64,000 bases of DNA from Mobula birostris (taxonomy: Eukaryota): NCBI RefSeq assembly GCF_030028105.1, contig NC_092380.1, forward strand, positions 29,165,144 through 29,229,143, in the 5' to 3' direction. The position numbers and the translations under genes are program-made. This document shows, piece after piece, positions 50,475 to 62,219 of this stretch. Below the pieces are notes generated by a model. It did not search any database. It saw only the letters and a list, made by a program, of their open reading frames with translations, and was not told where the DNA came from. How positions within the stretch are numbered: the stretch's first letter is position 1; each line of letters begins with the position of its first letter.

Positions 50475-51605
50475 ATGGCTGATGAACGAATTAAGTATTT
50501 TGCATCCATCTTCACGGTAAAAGACACCAGCGGTATGCCGGAGCTTTGAGAGTATCAGGGAGCAAAAGTGGGTGTAATTGCTATTACTAGGGAGAAAGTG
50601 CTTGGGAACCTGAAAGGGCAGAAGAAAATAAATTATAGGCCAGTAAGCCGGACCTCAGCAGTTGGGAAGATGTTGGTGTTGATTTTTAAGGTTGTGGTTT
50701 TGGGGTACTTGGAGGCACATGATAAAATAGACAAAAGTCATGGTTTCCTTCGGAAAAAATCTTGCCTGACAAATCTGTTGGAATTCTTTCAGGAAATAAC
50801 AAGCAGGATAGACAAAGGAGAATAGGTGGGTGTACTTAGATTTTCAGAAGGCCTTTGACAAGGTGAAGCACATGGGCCTGCTTACAAGATAAGAGCCCAT
50901 GTTGGTATAGGAAAGATACTAATTAGAGGATAGAGGATTGGCTGATTAGCAGAAGGCAAAGAGTGTGAATAAAGGGAGGCTTTTCTAGATTGCTGCTGGT
51001 GACTAATGGTGTTCCAAATGTAAAAGCAAGAATGTAATGCTCAGACTTCTTAAGGCACAGATGAGGGCTCACTTGAAGTTCTGTGAGTAGTTTTGGGCCC
51101 TATATTTAAGAAAGGATGTGCTAACATTGGACAAAGTTCTGAAAAGATAAGAATAATTCTGGGAAGCTCAGGGTTATCATATGAGGATCTGGGCCTGTAC
51201 TCACTGGAATTTAAAAGGAAGGGGGGGAGGGAATCCCATTAAAACCTATTGAATGTTGAAAGGTGTAGAGAGAATGTAGATAGGTGTAATTATAGTGGGG
51301 AAGTCTAGGACCAGAGGGCACAGCTTCAGAATAGAGGGACGTCCATCTAGAACGGAGATGAAGAAGAATTTCTTTAGCCAGAGGGTGGTGAATCTGTGGA
51401 ATTAATTGCTACAGGCAGCTGTAGAGGCCAAGTCATTGGATGTAGTTAAGGTGGCACTAAACAGATTCTTGATCAGTCAGGGCATGAAAGGTTACAGGGA
51501 GAAGGCAGGTGAATGAAGTTGAGAGGGAATGTGGATCAGCTATGATGAAATGGTGGAGCAGACTTGAAGAGCTGAATGGCCTAATTCTGCTTTCATGCCT
51601 TATAA
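50475..51605 (+). mobile_element. CR1 LINE, deleted and degenerate
   Basis: Translates NYRPVSRTSAVGKML...KSCLTNLLEFF; 3' end GGCCTAATTCTGCT near 51580. Confidence 0.8.
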
Positions 51606-52737
51606 GTATTTATTAGACAGGAATGATTAGAGATGGCCAATATAGATTTGGGTGTGGTAGGTCTTATCTAACCAATCACATAGAATTTTTTTGTGGATTA
51701 AGGAAAGATAGTGGACACTGTTTACATGGACTTTAGCTCGGCCTTTGATAAAGTCTCGCAAGGGAGGCTGGTCCAGAAAATTAAGTTGCTTGGTATTCAG
51801 GATGATGTAGCAAATTGGATTAAGCATTGACTTTGTGGGAGAAGACAGAGACTGGTGCAAGATAGTGGTCTCTCTAATTGGACGCCTGTGTCTGATGGGA
51901 TTCTGCAGGGATTGGTGCTGGGTCTGTTGTTGAATGTCATTTCAGAATTAGAATCAAGTTTAATATCACTGGCAACTGTTGTGAAATTTGTTGTTTTGCG
52001 GCAGCAGTACATTGCAAGACAAAATAAAACTGAATTATAGTAAGTATATATAAAATAAAAGGGTTCATTGACCATTCATAAATATGATGACAGGGGGGAA
52101 GAAGCTGTTCCTGAAACATTGAGTATGTCTTCAGTTTCCATTTACCTCCTCCTTGATGGTAGTAATGAGAAGTGGGTATGCCCTGAGTGATGGGGGTCCT
52201 TAATGATGGATGCTGCCTGTTTGAGCCATTGCCTTTTTAAGGTGTCCGAAATGCTGGGGATGCTAGTGCCCATAATGGAGGTGGCTGAGTTTGCAATGTT
52301 CTGCAGCTTTTTCTGATCTTTTGCAGTGCCCCTCCATACCAGATGGCGAGGCAATCAGTTAGAATGCTCCCATAGTACTTCTGCAGAAATTTGTGTCCTT
52401 GGTGACCTACCAATTCTCCTCAAACTCCAAATGAGATATAATCACTGCTGCCTCTTCTTTGTAATTGCATCAATATATTGGGCCCAGGGTAGGTCTTCAG
52501 AGATATTGACCCCCATGAACTTGAAACTGCCCACCCTCTCCATTTCTGATCCCTCGATGAGAACCGGTGTGTGCTCCCGCAACTACTCTTCCTGAAGTCC
52601 ACAATCAATTTCTTTGTGTTACTGGCGTTGAGTGCAAGGTTGTAGCCGTGACATCACTCAACCAGCTGATCTGTCTCACTCCTGTACGCCTTCTTGTCAC
52701 CATCTGAAGTTCTGACAATAGTTGCATTTGCACCTAG

Positions 52738-53950
52738 GAGGAGAAGATGGCGACGCGATGCAGCATGCGCGGCCTCTCCGGTGATGAATATCTGTGTTAG
52801 AGTGAGTTTTTTTGGGTAGATGATTTGTTTACACTTAAATGACTTTGGCCACCAGACTTCTATTTGACAAAGTACTGTGGATTGAGTCCACAACAATGCG
52901 CTTCCTAAAAAAGTGTGAATACCAGGAGCTTCTGGCGGCATAGTTTGACCTGATGCCGTAGTTTCTAAGACAGTATTATCTATACATTACAAATATTACT
53001 TGTCTTCTATGTTAGCATGTAAAATGCCAAAATGTATTGTGGATTTAACTAAAGGCTGTGGATACCAACCCAGACATGTTGGCGTTGGAAGGAAAGGATG
53101 AAGTCCGAAGGTGTGACATTTTGTATGTAGCTTCAAAAGGAAGCATTGTCTATAACTTTTAAAGTAGCAATTGCCTTTGTGTTTAACATATAAATATCGA
53201 GCCCACATTGGCCTAGCAGACCTTTCTGCAGGAAGTGTCTCCGTCCGTATGATGCCTGCTGTACCTTGTGTGGAATAAAGAAGCTGCTTTGTATCTAACA
53301 GTGACTCTGTCTCTCCGGTGATTTCATCCACGCTACAACAATCTATAATCTGTCAAGTAGGGTGCCGTGCACAATTCTGATTTGATGGAGGCAGATGTGA
53401 GAGCACGAAAGAACATCTGGTGAAACTTCTGAAATGCCTGTTTTGCTGCCGCTGCTACTGTGTGATCCGAAATCTCCGGAGGGGAAGGCCCCGAATCCTC
53501 GGCTTTGCTTGTTGCTCAGCAGTCGGGGCAGGGTCAAAGCGCTTGGCAGAGATGGTGCTCGGTGTCGGAGGCTCGAAGTTTTCGGACAGACTCAGAGTCG
53601 GACTGTGGTCCGGTGCTTCCAGGATGCTGCATCAGCAACTTTGCGGCGCTGGAAGCTCATGGCAGGGAGAGTTTCTCCCTTCTACCGTCTGTGTGAGATG
53701 CTGGGGCTATCGGGACTTTGAGACTTTTTTTTACCGTGCCCATGGTCTGCTCTTATCAAATTACAGTATTGCTTTGCACTGTTGTAACTATACGTTATAC
53801 TTATATGATTTTTGTCAGCTTTAGTCTGTCTTGTGTTTCTGTGATATCATACCAGAGGAACATTGTATCATTTTTTAATGCATGCATTTCTAAATGGCAA
53901 TAAACGAGGACTGAGTGTCCTCATAATCTAATCTAAAATCTAAAAAAAAA
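52738..53950 (+). mobile_element. Non-autonomous retroelement with YY1 head and (AATCT)n/A tail
   Basis: Starts GAGGAGAAGATGGCG and ends AATAAAC...CATAATCTAATCTAAAATCTAAAAAAAAA; split by a solo LTR. Confidence 0.65.
52795..53340 (+). mobile_element. Solo LTR
   Basis: TGTT...AACA termini, TSD ATCTG/ATCTA, AATAAA near 53274. Confidence 0.8.
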
Positions 53951-56253
53951 TTCATAGATGCTCTTTGACTATGCCTGGCCACACAGTTGTGGCTGTAGAA
54001 AGTAGAAAAGTGGGCTAAGCACACATCCTTGAGGTGCATTAATGTTGATTGTCAGAGAGAATGAAATGTTATTTCTGATCTGCACAGACTGGTCTCCTGA
54101 TGAGGAAGTCAAGGATCCAGTTGCAGAGGGAGGTACAGAGGCCCAGGTTTTGGAGTAACTATATTAATGGCTTGAATAGTAATGTGGTAAACTGATTCAA
54201 CAAGACTGGGGGCGTAGTGGACAGCAAGGCCTCAATGCCTGCAGCGTGATCTGGACAATCTGCAAAAATGCGTGGAAAAATGGCAGATGGAATTCAATGC
54301 AGATCAATGTGAGGCATTTCACTTTGGAAGGACAAGCCAGGGTAGGACTTACACAGGAAAAGAAGTTTGGATAGGTACATAAATGGGAGGTGTACGGAGG
54401 GGTATGGTCTGTGTGCTGGTAGATCAGACTAGGCAGAAAAACATGTCAGCGTGGTCTGGATAGGCTGAAGGGCTTGTTTCTTTGCTAAAGTGCTCTATGA
54501 CTCTACATACCATTGCTAAAAACCTTCATCAGTAATTTCCCTACCACTGATGTGAGTCCATAGTTTCCAGAATTATCTGTTCCCCTTCTTGAATAATAGA
54601 ACATCAGCTTCTCACTAGTCCTCAGGGAGCTCACCTGTGGTTAGAGAGGACACAAAGATATTAGTGAAATCCCTAGTAACCTCAGCCCCTGCCTCTATCA
54701 ATAATCAGGTGCATATCCCGTCAGGCCCTTATACACCTTAATGTTCTTTTAAAGACCCAACACTGTGGTCCTGTATTTAAACAAATTTAATAGACATTTG
54801 GATCTGTACAGGGATAGGAAAGGTTTAGTCATACAGTCATACAACAGGGGAAAAGGACCTTTCCACCTGTATGTCCTTGCTGCCTGAGATGTACATTCAT
54901 GGTAATTCAGTGTCTTAAAGGGGATGGATCAAATGCAGGCAGATGGGACTAGTTTAGGTGGGCACCTGGGTTGGCATGCACAGGTTGGGCCAAGGGTCCT
55001 GTTTCAGTGCAGTGTTACTCTACAAATTTTTAAACCTTTTATCAGGCCACTGCTCAGCAACCTGCCCTAAGACCATAAGACATATGAGAAGAATTGGGCC
55101 TTTTGGTTCTTCAAGTCTGCATCAGTATTTGATCATGGCTAACATTTTCCCTCTCAACCATTCTCCTGCCTTCAGCCTGTAACAGTTGACACCCCTGATA
55201 AACAGAAACCCATCAACCTTCTGCTTTAAATATACCCAATGAATTGGTCTCCACAGCCATCTGTGACAATGAATTCCACAGATTCACCTTTCTGGCTAAA
55301 GAATTTCCTCATCATCTCTGTTCAATAGGGACATATTGAACACCACTAATTACTGGCAAGCAACCAGAAAAGGCCCCCTTTACCCCCACTTATAGACATC
55401 TGCTAGTCAGCTAATTTGTTGTCCACACTGGTATCTTTCCTGCAATACCATGGTTTCTTATCTTGTTTAGCAGCCTAGTGTTTGGCACTATCTCTATAAT
55501 AGCCACAACTGCAGAGAGAGGCATAGAGCAGGCATTTTCCCAGGGTTAAAATGCCTAACACCAGAGGAAATGCATTTAAGGTGGAAGGGATAAGTTCAAA
55601 GGAGAAAGGGCAAGATTTTTTTATATATTACACAAAGAGTGGGTTTGGTGGGGGGAGAGGGGCTTTGAGCATCAGTCTCAGGACAAGATGCCCCCATTCC
55701 TCCTGTTCCATTCCCTCATCCTCTGCTTGCTCCACATCCTGTCCAACCTCAATCAGAGCACCTCCTCAAATTCCCAACTCCAAGGACCTGGACCCATCCC
55801 ACAGCATTGTGAAACAGAGAGACTGAGGAGCGCGAGTAACATTCTAACTAGTTGTATCATGGACAGTGAAGAAGGAGCAAAAATTACAGGGGCAATCGTG
55901 ATCATCCTTGGTATGTGGCCGAGGAATGGCAGATGGCCTTTAATTCAGATCAGTGCAAGGTCAAATCCAAGTACAATGTTCACAGTGTTGAGGAAAAGAG
56001 GGACCGAGGTGTACAAATACACAGTTCACTGAAAGTGTAATCACAGGTAGTGAAGAAGGTTTTCGGACGTTGGCTTTCATCAGTCAGGGCATTGAGTATA
56101 AATGTTGGGAGTTGAAGGTGAAGGGCAGTGGTGAGGCCATGCTTCAATTACGGTCACAAACAGGAGAAAATCTGCAGATGCCAGAAATCCAAAGCAAGAC
56201 ACAAAATGCTGGAGGAACTCAAAAGCCAGGCACATCTATGGAAAGGAGTAAGC

Positions 56254-56289
56254 AGTCGACGTTTCAAGCCAAGACTCTTCTTCAGGACT
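56254..56289 (-). ncRNA. Minimal hammerhead motif in a short Penelope end (~56155-56290)
   Basis: Minus strand reads AGTC-CTGAAGA-AGAGTCTTGGCTT-GAAA-CGTC-GACT. Confidence 0.65.
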
Positions 56290-56493
56290 TGGATTATTGT
56301 GTTCCGTTTGGGTTGCTATACTGTGTTACAGAACTGGAAAAAGTGCAGAAAAGATTTACTAGGATGTTGATGGGAGTGGAAGGACCGAGTTGTAGGGGAA
56401 GTACTTACTGCAATTCAGTTTTTTTTTCCCATTATGTATAGCATTGTACTGCTGCCACAAAGACAACAAATTTCACGACACATGCCAGTGATA

Positions 56494-58821
56494 TCTATCT
56501 ACATACTACTAAAATTCTCATGCTCTATTTATCTGTTTGTGACCTCCAGTTAGCCCAAATGGTGCATTACAGTGGCACTTTTTTTGACTAAATCGACTTA
56601 AAATGCACTAACTTACAGAATGCATGCAAAGTTCAGGGTTATATATTCATATAAAATTGCTCACTTGTCAATCAACAGGCCCCACTTTCCACAATCCTAG
56701 CCCATTCCACCTTTCATGGAAACCGCGACGCCACACCACGACGCATGCACATGGCCAGCATCAGCAGTGGCTCACGATGCTCATAGCAGCGACACCCACC
56801 GTAGCAAAAGGGCAGGGCTATCATGTCCATTTAGGAGAGCGCCAACCACATCATCAAGAAAAATCAGCATCCTGGAGGCTTTGGTGTTACTGCTTTGTTT
56901 CTCCTATCAAGCATTAGGGTAAAAAAAAATATGGACAGCCTAATTATACTGCATGGAAAGAGAAGGGGGACATTTGGGGTCAAGAGATGGCGCCAAACAT
57001 CGTCGGGAAGCGGCAAGGAGAAGGAGAGAACAACAATCCGATGAGGCCAGGGCCGCATGACTCCAGAATCAAAGAGTCAAGACAAAAAAATGAGAGAAGA
57101 AGAGACAGAGGAGAGGCACGCATGTCTCCAAAATGACAACAATAGGCACAGAAGGAGGAGAAGAACAAGAATCCAATCAGGCCAGGACCGCACGACTCCA
57201 GGATCAGAGAGAAAGAACAAATGGTAGAACAGATGAAGAGATGAAGAGACGAAGGATGAAAGGGCTGCGCGTCTCCAGAATGACAAAAACAGGCAGAGAA
57301 GGAGGAGAGAGGAAAAGACAGAGGAGAAAAGGAAAGATCAACTCGAGAATATGCGGCAAAGAGTAGCCTATTGAATAATGAGAATAATGTGTGACTGCTT
57401 GGAAAGGAATCTCTCTCAATGATTTTCGTTGATACACCAGGAGGAATGGGCAAGACATTTATCATCAACTTGATCCTCACTAAAGTTAGGGGAGATGGAG
57501 GTGTTGCTATTGCTGTAGCATCATCAGGTATTGCAGCAACATTGATGCCTGGTGGTAGGACAGCGCATTCAAGATTCAAAATACCCCTCAAGGTCAATGA
57601 AGATGCCCTTTCTAACATCGATAAAAACACCAATACTGCAAATTTACTCCAAAATGCGAGGCTTATTGTCTGGGTTGAGTGCCCCATGATTAGGAGGGAG
57701 AGCTTCAAAGCAGTGGACCGGACTCTTTGTGATGTATGCGGCAAGAATGAGGCCTTCGGGGGCATTTTAACCATTTGCTTCTAGCAGTTGTGAAATGCGG
57801 AAATGATGCTGATGTGGAGAATTCATGTATAAAAAAATCCTACTTATGGAGAAGCTTCATCAAGTTTCAATTGAAGATGAAACATGCGATTGAGTGAGGG
57901 AGAAGGATGATATTCTGAGTTCTTACTGGATGTTGGAGAAGACAAGATTGAGAAAAATGAAAATGATGAAATCGAATTACTTGAAGATATGATTCTGCCA
58001 GCAAAAACTATAGAAGAATGCATTGATTTCATCTACCCAACATTCGACAATTCTGCAGAACTGTTCTCGAGGAATTCTACCTTGGTTCCTCTGAATGAAA
58101 TGATGCGAAAAATAAATCTTACATGCATTAGACACTTCCGTGGAATCATGAAAGAGTACTGTTCCTTCAATGCCGTAAGTGAAGGAGCTATCGCCACTCA
58201 TTTTCCAACAGAATTCCTTGATTCGGTCAAACTCTCTGGATTGCCACTACATGAACTGGAATTGAAGAGGGGATCTCCCATCATTTCAATGAGGAACTTG
58301 GATCCACCAAGGCTTTGCAATGGAACGTGAATGATGGTGGAAGAACTGCACGACAATCTCATCGTGGTAAAGGTAAACATTGGTGCGTTCAAAAATGACA
58401 TTGTCATGATGCCAAGAATTATTCCCAATTTATCAGAAGGGGAAGATGTCCCCCTTCAGCGGAGCCAGTTCTGGATACCGTCATGCTTTGCCATGACTAT
58501 ACATAAGGCGCAAGACCAAACCATGGAGAATATGTTGATTTATCTGGAGAAACTGGTATTCCAGCATGGTCAGCTGTATGTGACTTTAAGCCGGGAAAAA
58601 GAAATGAAAACATTAGAGTATTCTTGAAGGGTGGCAGATCAACCAGAAATGTTGTCATCAAAAGTGTCCTTTGTTAATCAAGGAGGAGCTATATTTGTCT
58701 TGCTATGTGTCTTTCTTCTTTAATAAACTGAGTTTTGCTTCTTTAATTTCCAAAGCACATCACATCAGACTGCACTACCTTTCTCTCAAAGGGTGCCCCA
58801 ACGGGTCACCCGGTTGTCTAG
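56494..58821 (+). mobile_element. Helitron unit 1 (defective; PIF1 helicase remnants)
   Basis: 5' TC start. Helicase motifs DTPGGMGKTF, VASSGIAATLMPGGRTAHSRFKIP, RNLDPPRLCNGT, FAMTIHKAQ and HGQLYV. Subterminal hairpin GGGTGCCCCAACGGGTCACCC, CTAG end at 58818-58821. Confidence 0.92.
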
Positions 58822-60130
58822 GATACTACTAAAACTCGCATGCTCTGTCTGTTTGTGACCTCCAATTAGCACAAACGGTGCATAAGAGCGGCACTTTTTT
58901 TGGCTAAATTGAATTAAAATGCACTAACTTACAGAATGCAGGCAAAGTTCAGGTTATATATTCGTATAAAATTGCTCATTCGCCAAAAATCAACAGGCTG
59001 CCTTTCACCCGAGACCCGATCGGTCATCATGGAAATCGGGACGCCACAGCCCCACGCATGCGCACGGCCAGCCTCAGCAGCGGCTCACGATGCTCAGAGC
59101 CCCTTCCACCTTCCATGGAGACTGCGATGCCACACCACAACGCATGCGCATGGCCAGTTTCAGCAGCTTAAAGGCTTTGTGTTACTGCTTCCTATCTTCT
59201 ATCAAGCATTAGGGTAAAAATATATGGATAGTCTAATTATGCCACGTAGAAAGAGAAGGGGGACACTATGGTCAAGAGACAACACCAAACATCGTCGGGA
59301 GGTGGCAAGGAGGGGGAGAGAACAACAATTGGATGAGGCCAGGGCCGCACAACTCCAGGGTCAAAGAGTCAGAACAAAAAGGATGAGAGAAGACGAGACA
59401 GAGGAGGACAGGCATGCACGTCTTCAAAATGACAACAATAGGCAGAGACGGAGGAGAGAACAAATCCGATCAGGCCAGGGCCGCACGACTCCAGGATCAG
59501 AGAGAAAGAACAAATGGTAGAAGAGATGAAGAAACGAAGGATGAAAGGGCTGCGCATCTCCAGAATGACCAAAACAGGCAGAGAAGGAGGAGAGAGGAAG
59601 AGACGAGAGTATGCCCTCACTGTTGTGTCTTCCTATTCACTGGAGAAACCCCACATTTCTGCTGTATGAAGGGACAGGTCAGGATGGGCAACTTGCAGCC
59701 TCTACCTAATGAACTCCTCAATTTATACAGTAATAATGAACCTATTGCAAAAGAGTTCAGGAAGAATATCAGACAATACAATTGCCTCTTCCAAATGACA
59801 TCGTTTGGTGCCAAAGAAGTCATTCCAACTAGGAATCGATGGAATCCTTCCCTGATTATTCAAGGCTAAATACATTGGACATTTAATTCCAAACCCGACC
59901 CAGCAAACCCCATTACGTCAAATTTACTTCATGGATACTTAATGTTCATTCTGGTCACATATTTATCTTGCTATGCATCTTTCTTCTTTAATAAGCTTAG
60001 TTTTTCTTCTTTAATTTCCAAATGAAAGAGATAGCAATAGCATTCAGGAAAATTTAATGTTCATTCTGGTCACATCAGACTGCACTATCCTTCTCTCAAA
60101 GGCTGCCCGAACAGTCACCCCATTGTCTAG
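58822..60130 (+). mobile_element. Helitron unit 2 (defective; zinc-finger/Rep N-terminal remnants)
   Basis: Same 5' sequence as unit 1 (ATACTACTAAAA...). Translates CPHC...FCCMKGQV...FRKNIRQYNCLFQMTSFG. Hairpin remnant and CTAG end at 60127-60130. Confidence 0.9.
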
Positions 60131-60539
60131 TTAAACCTGATTCTGAGTATGGGACTGAGGTGGTTTTATAAAATCATGATGAGCACGTATAGGGTGAATG
60201 CACTCATTCTTTCTCGCAGGGTTGCATCACAGGGATATATTGCCAGGAATGGAAGGCTTCAATCATAAGGAAACGGGGTACTGACTGTGCACTGATCCCA
60301 GAAATGGTGAGAATGCAAAGCTAAATTCCCTCCACTTACTCCAACCGCACAGTAACTTTGCAATTATACTAAAACTGGGAGGCAATGTGGCGTGTGTTGC
60401 CTCTCACTCACTCCTTCCCCAGTTCCTGCACTGATCCTAGAAATGGGAATGATGCAATACTACCCTCCCCGCCACTGCAACCCCATCGTGATTACAAAAC
60501 TAGAGAAGTTCTACGATATTGCCTCATTTTCTCCCCAGC

Positions 60540-61280
60540 TCCTGCCCCAGTGAAAATGACCGCGGAAAAATGGCGGTTGTAGCTCCCTTTTCCTCTGCAA
60601 GGCACATATTGCACTTTACAGCGGCTGCATCTTGCATACTTTGGGTCATTAGTCTCACATCTGCCAGCCCTCCATATTGAACTACGAAAACCTCGGGCGG
60701 GCCGAGCTCCAACCGTCGCACAAGATGGCCGCTCAGGCCAAACTACAACTCCCGGCAGGCGGTGCTGTCAAGAGGAGGCAGCTGATGAACCTGTGATGCC
60801 GCGGAGCAATCTGAAAGTTGTAGTCCTACTCTTTCACAGCTTCAACAGCCCTCCTCAGCCCGCACAAACAACCGCTGCTCCCGATGACCCGCTGAGGCGT
60901 TAAACTACGTCTGTTCTTTTTAACTCATAGGCCAGCCAACACCGACAGTAGCAACTCACTGAGGCATGTCATGGTGAGAGAACGGTGGCGTAGGAGGGGC
61001 GGAGCATGACGGTCCTTTCCGCTTGGCTATTCACAGTCCAGACCTGCCTCTGTACCCTCCTATCATTGGCTGATACACCTGCCGGTCAAACGAAACAGTT
61101 CGTCAGTCATGTAGAATACCGGAGGCTGTGATTCAACCGGAGCGACGTGTGCTCTGGCCATTAGACGAGCAGCGTGTACGAAACCCCGCCCTATCTCTAA
61201 CCTTAGCCAATAACAGAAGCGAAACCATTTACCGCGCAGCGTATCAGCCGTCCAGCAGCAGGCTCGGGGTGGTGGTAAGT
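60540..61280. promoter_or_regulatory. CpG-rich housekeeping-type promoter, possibly bidirectional
   Basis: YY1 motifs AAAATGGCGG (60567) and AAGATGGCCGC (60722), ZNF143/THAP11-type AACTACAACTCCCGGCAGGC (60741-60760), GC box GGGGCGGAGC (60996), ATTGG/CCAAT (61065, 61207), donor GTAAGT (61275). Confidence 0.7.
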
Positions 61281-61284
61281 AACC

Positions 61285-61810
61285 ATGCAACATACACAAA
61301 ATGCTGGAATTCAGCGGGTTAGGTAGTGTCAGTGTAAATGAACAGACGGTCATTATTTACCGAGACCCTTTATCGGGACTGGAAAGGAAGGGGAAAGATG
61401 CCAGCATAGAAAGGAGGGCACAGGGGAAGGAGGACAAGCTAGAAGGTGATGAGTGAAGCCAGGTAGGTGGGGCAGGAGGATGATGTGAGTAGCTGGGAGG
61501 CAATGTTGGGAAAGGTAACAGGCTGTAGAGGAAAGAATCTGATGGGAGTGGAAAGTAGACCATGGGATAAACGGACTCGGGGAGGTGAAGCAGGAGGAGA
61601 GGTAAGAGACCAGAGGTGGGGGGGGGGGGAGAATAGAGTAGAGGGAAGGGGAAGGGGAAATTTTTCCTCGAAATTGGGGAAATGACTGTTCATGCCATTT
61701 GGTTGGACAATACCCAGACAGTGGTGCTTCTGCAGTTTGAGATTGGCCTCATTGTGGCAGTAGAGGAAGCCATGGACTGATGTATGTGAATGGAGATTAA
61801 AATGGTTGCT
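61285..61810 (-). mobile_element. Old Penelope-like 3' fragment
   Basis: Translates NHFNLHSHTSVHGFLYCHNEANLKL...QPNGMN; decayed hammerhead region near 61345-61380. Confidence 0.75.
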
Positions 61811-61989
61811 CATAAATGGAAATGCATATTTTTTGTGGTTCTCTTCTTGGGTAGAAGCAACCTGTACAAGAGAAATGTATTGCCCTGGAACCCGTCAGGG
61901 ATAAATATCCTTCCAGGGAAATTTGCTAATACTACACAGAAAGGTTAAAATATATTTTAATTGTCCTGCAAGACCATATAGGTAGAACT

Positions 61990-62215
61990 TGGGGTGGCAC
62001 TGTAGCATAGTGGTTAGCACAACGCTTTACAGCACAATTGACTGGGTTCAATAACCACCACTGCCTGTAAGGAGTTTCTGTGTTCTCCCTGTCAATGCGT
62101 GGGTTTCCTCCAGGTGCTCTGGTTTCCTCCCACAGTCCAAATACTTACAGTTAGTAGGTTCACTGGTCATTGTAAATTCGCCTGTGGTTAGGCTAGATTT
62201 AAATAGGTGGGTCTG
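61990..62215 (+). mobile_element. tRNA-derived V-SINE (HE1-like)
   Basis: TAGCATAGTGGTTAG, GGTTCAAT and V-domain GGGTTTCCTCCAGGTGCTCTGGTTTCCTCCCACAGTCC. Confidence 0.8.
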
Positions 62216-62219
62216 TTGG

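Larger units (their letters stand above)
51940..54155 (-). mobile_element. Rex1/Babar-like LINE hosting nested insertions
   Basis: Translates DGDKKAYRSETDQLVE, IVDFRK and QAASIIKDPHHSGH...SLLPS; interrupted at ~52725-53950. Confidence 0.75.

Noticed and set aside
55688-56032. ORF starting with a hydrophobic, signal-like segment (MPPFLLFHSLILCLL)
   Set aside because: It runs into CR1 debris, with no clear donor site or recognisable homology.
57419-58627. Host PIF1 helicase gene
   Set aside because: Intronless, disrupted and enclosed by Helitron termini.
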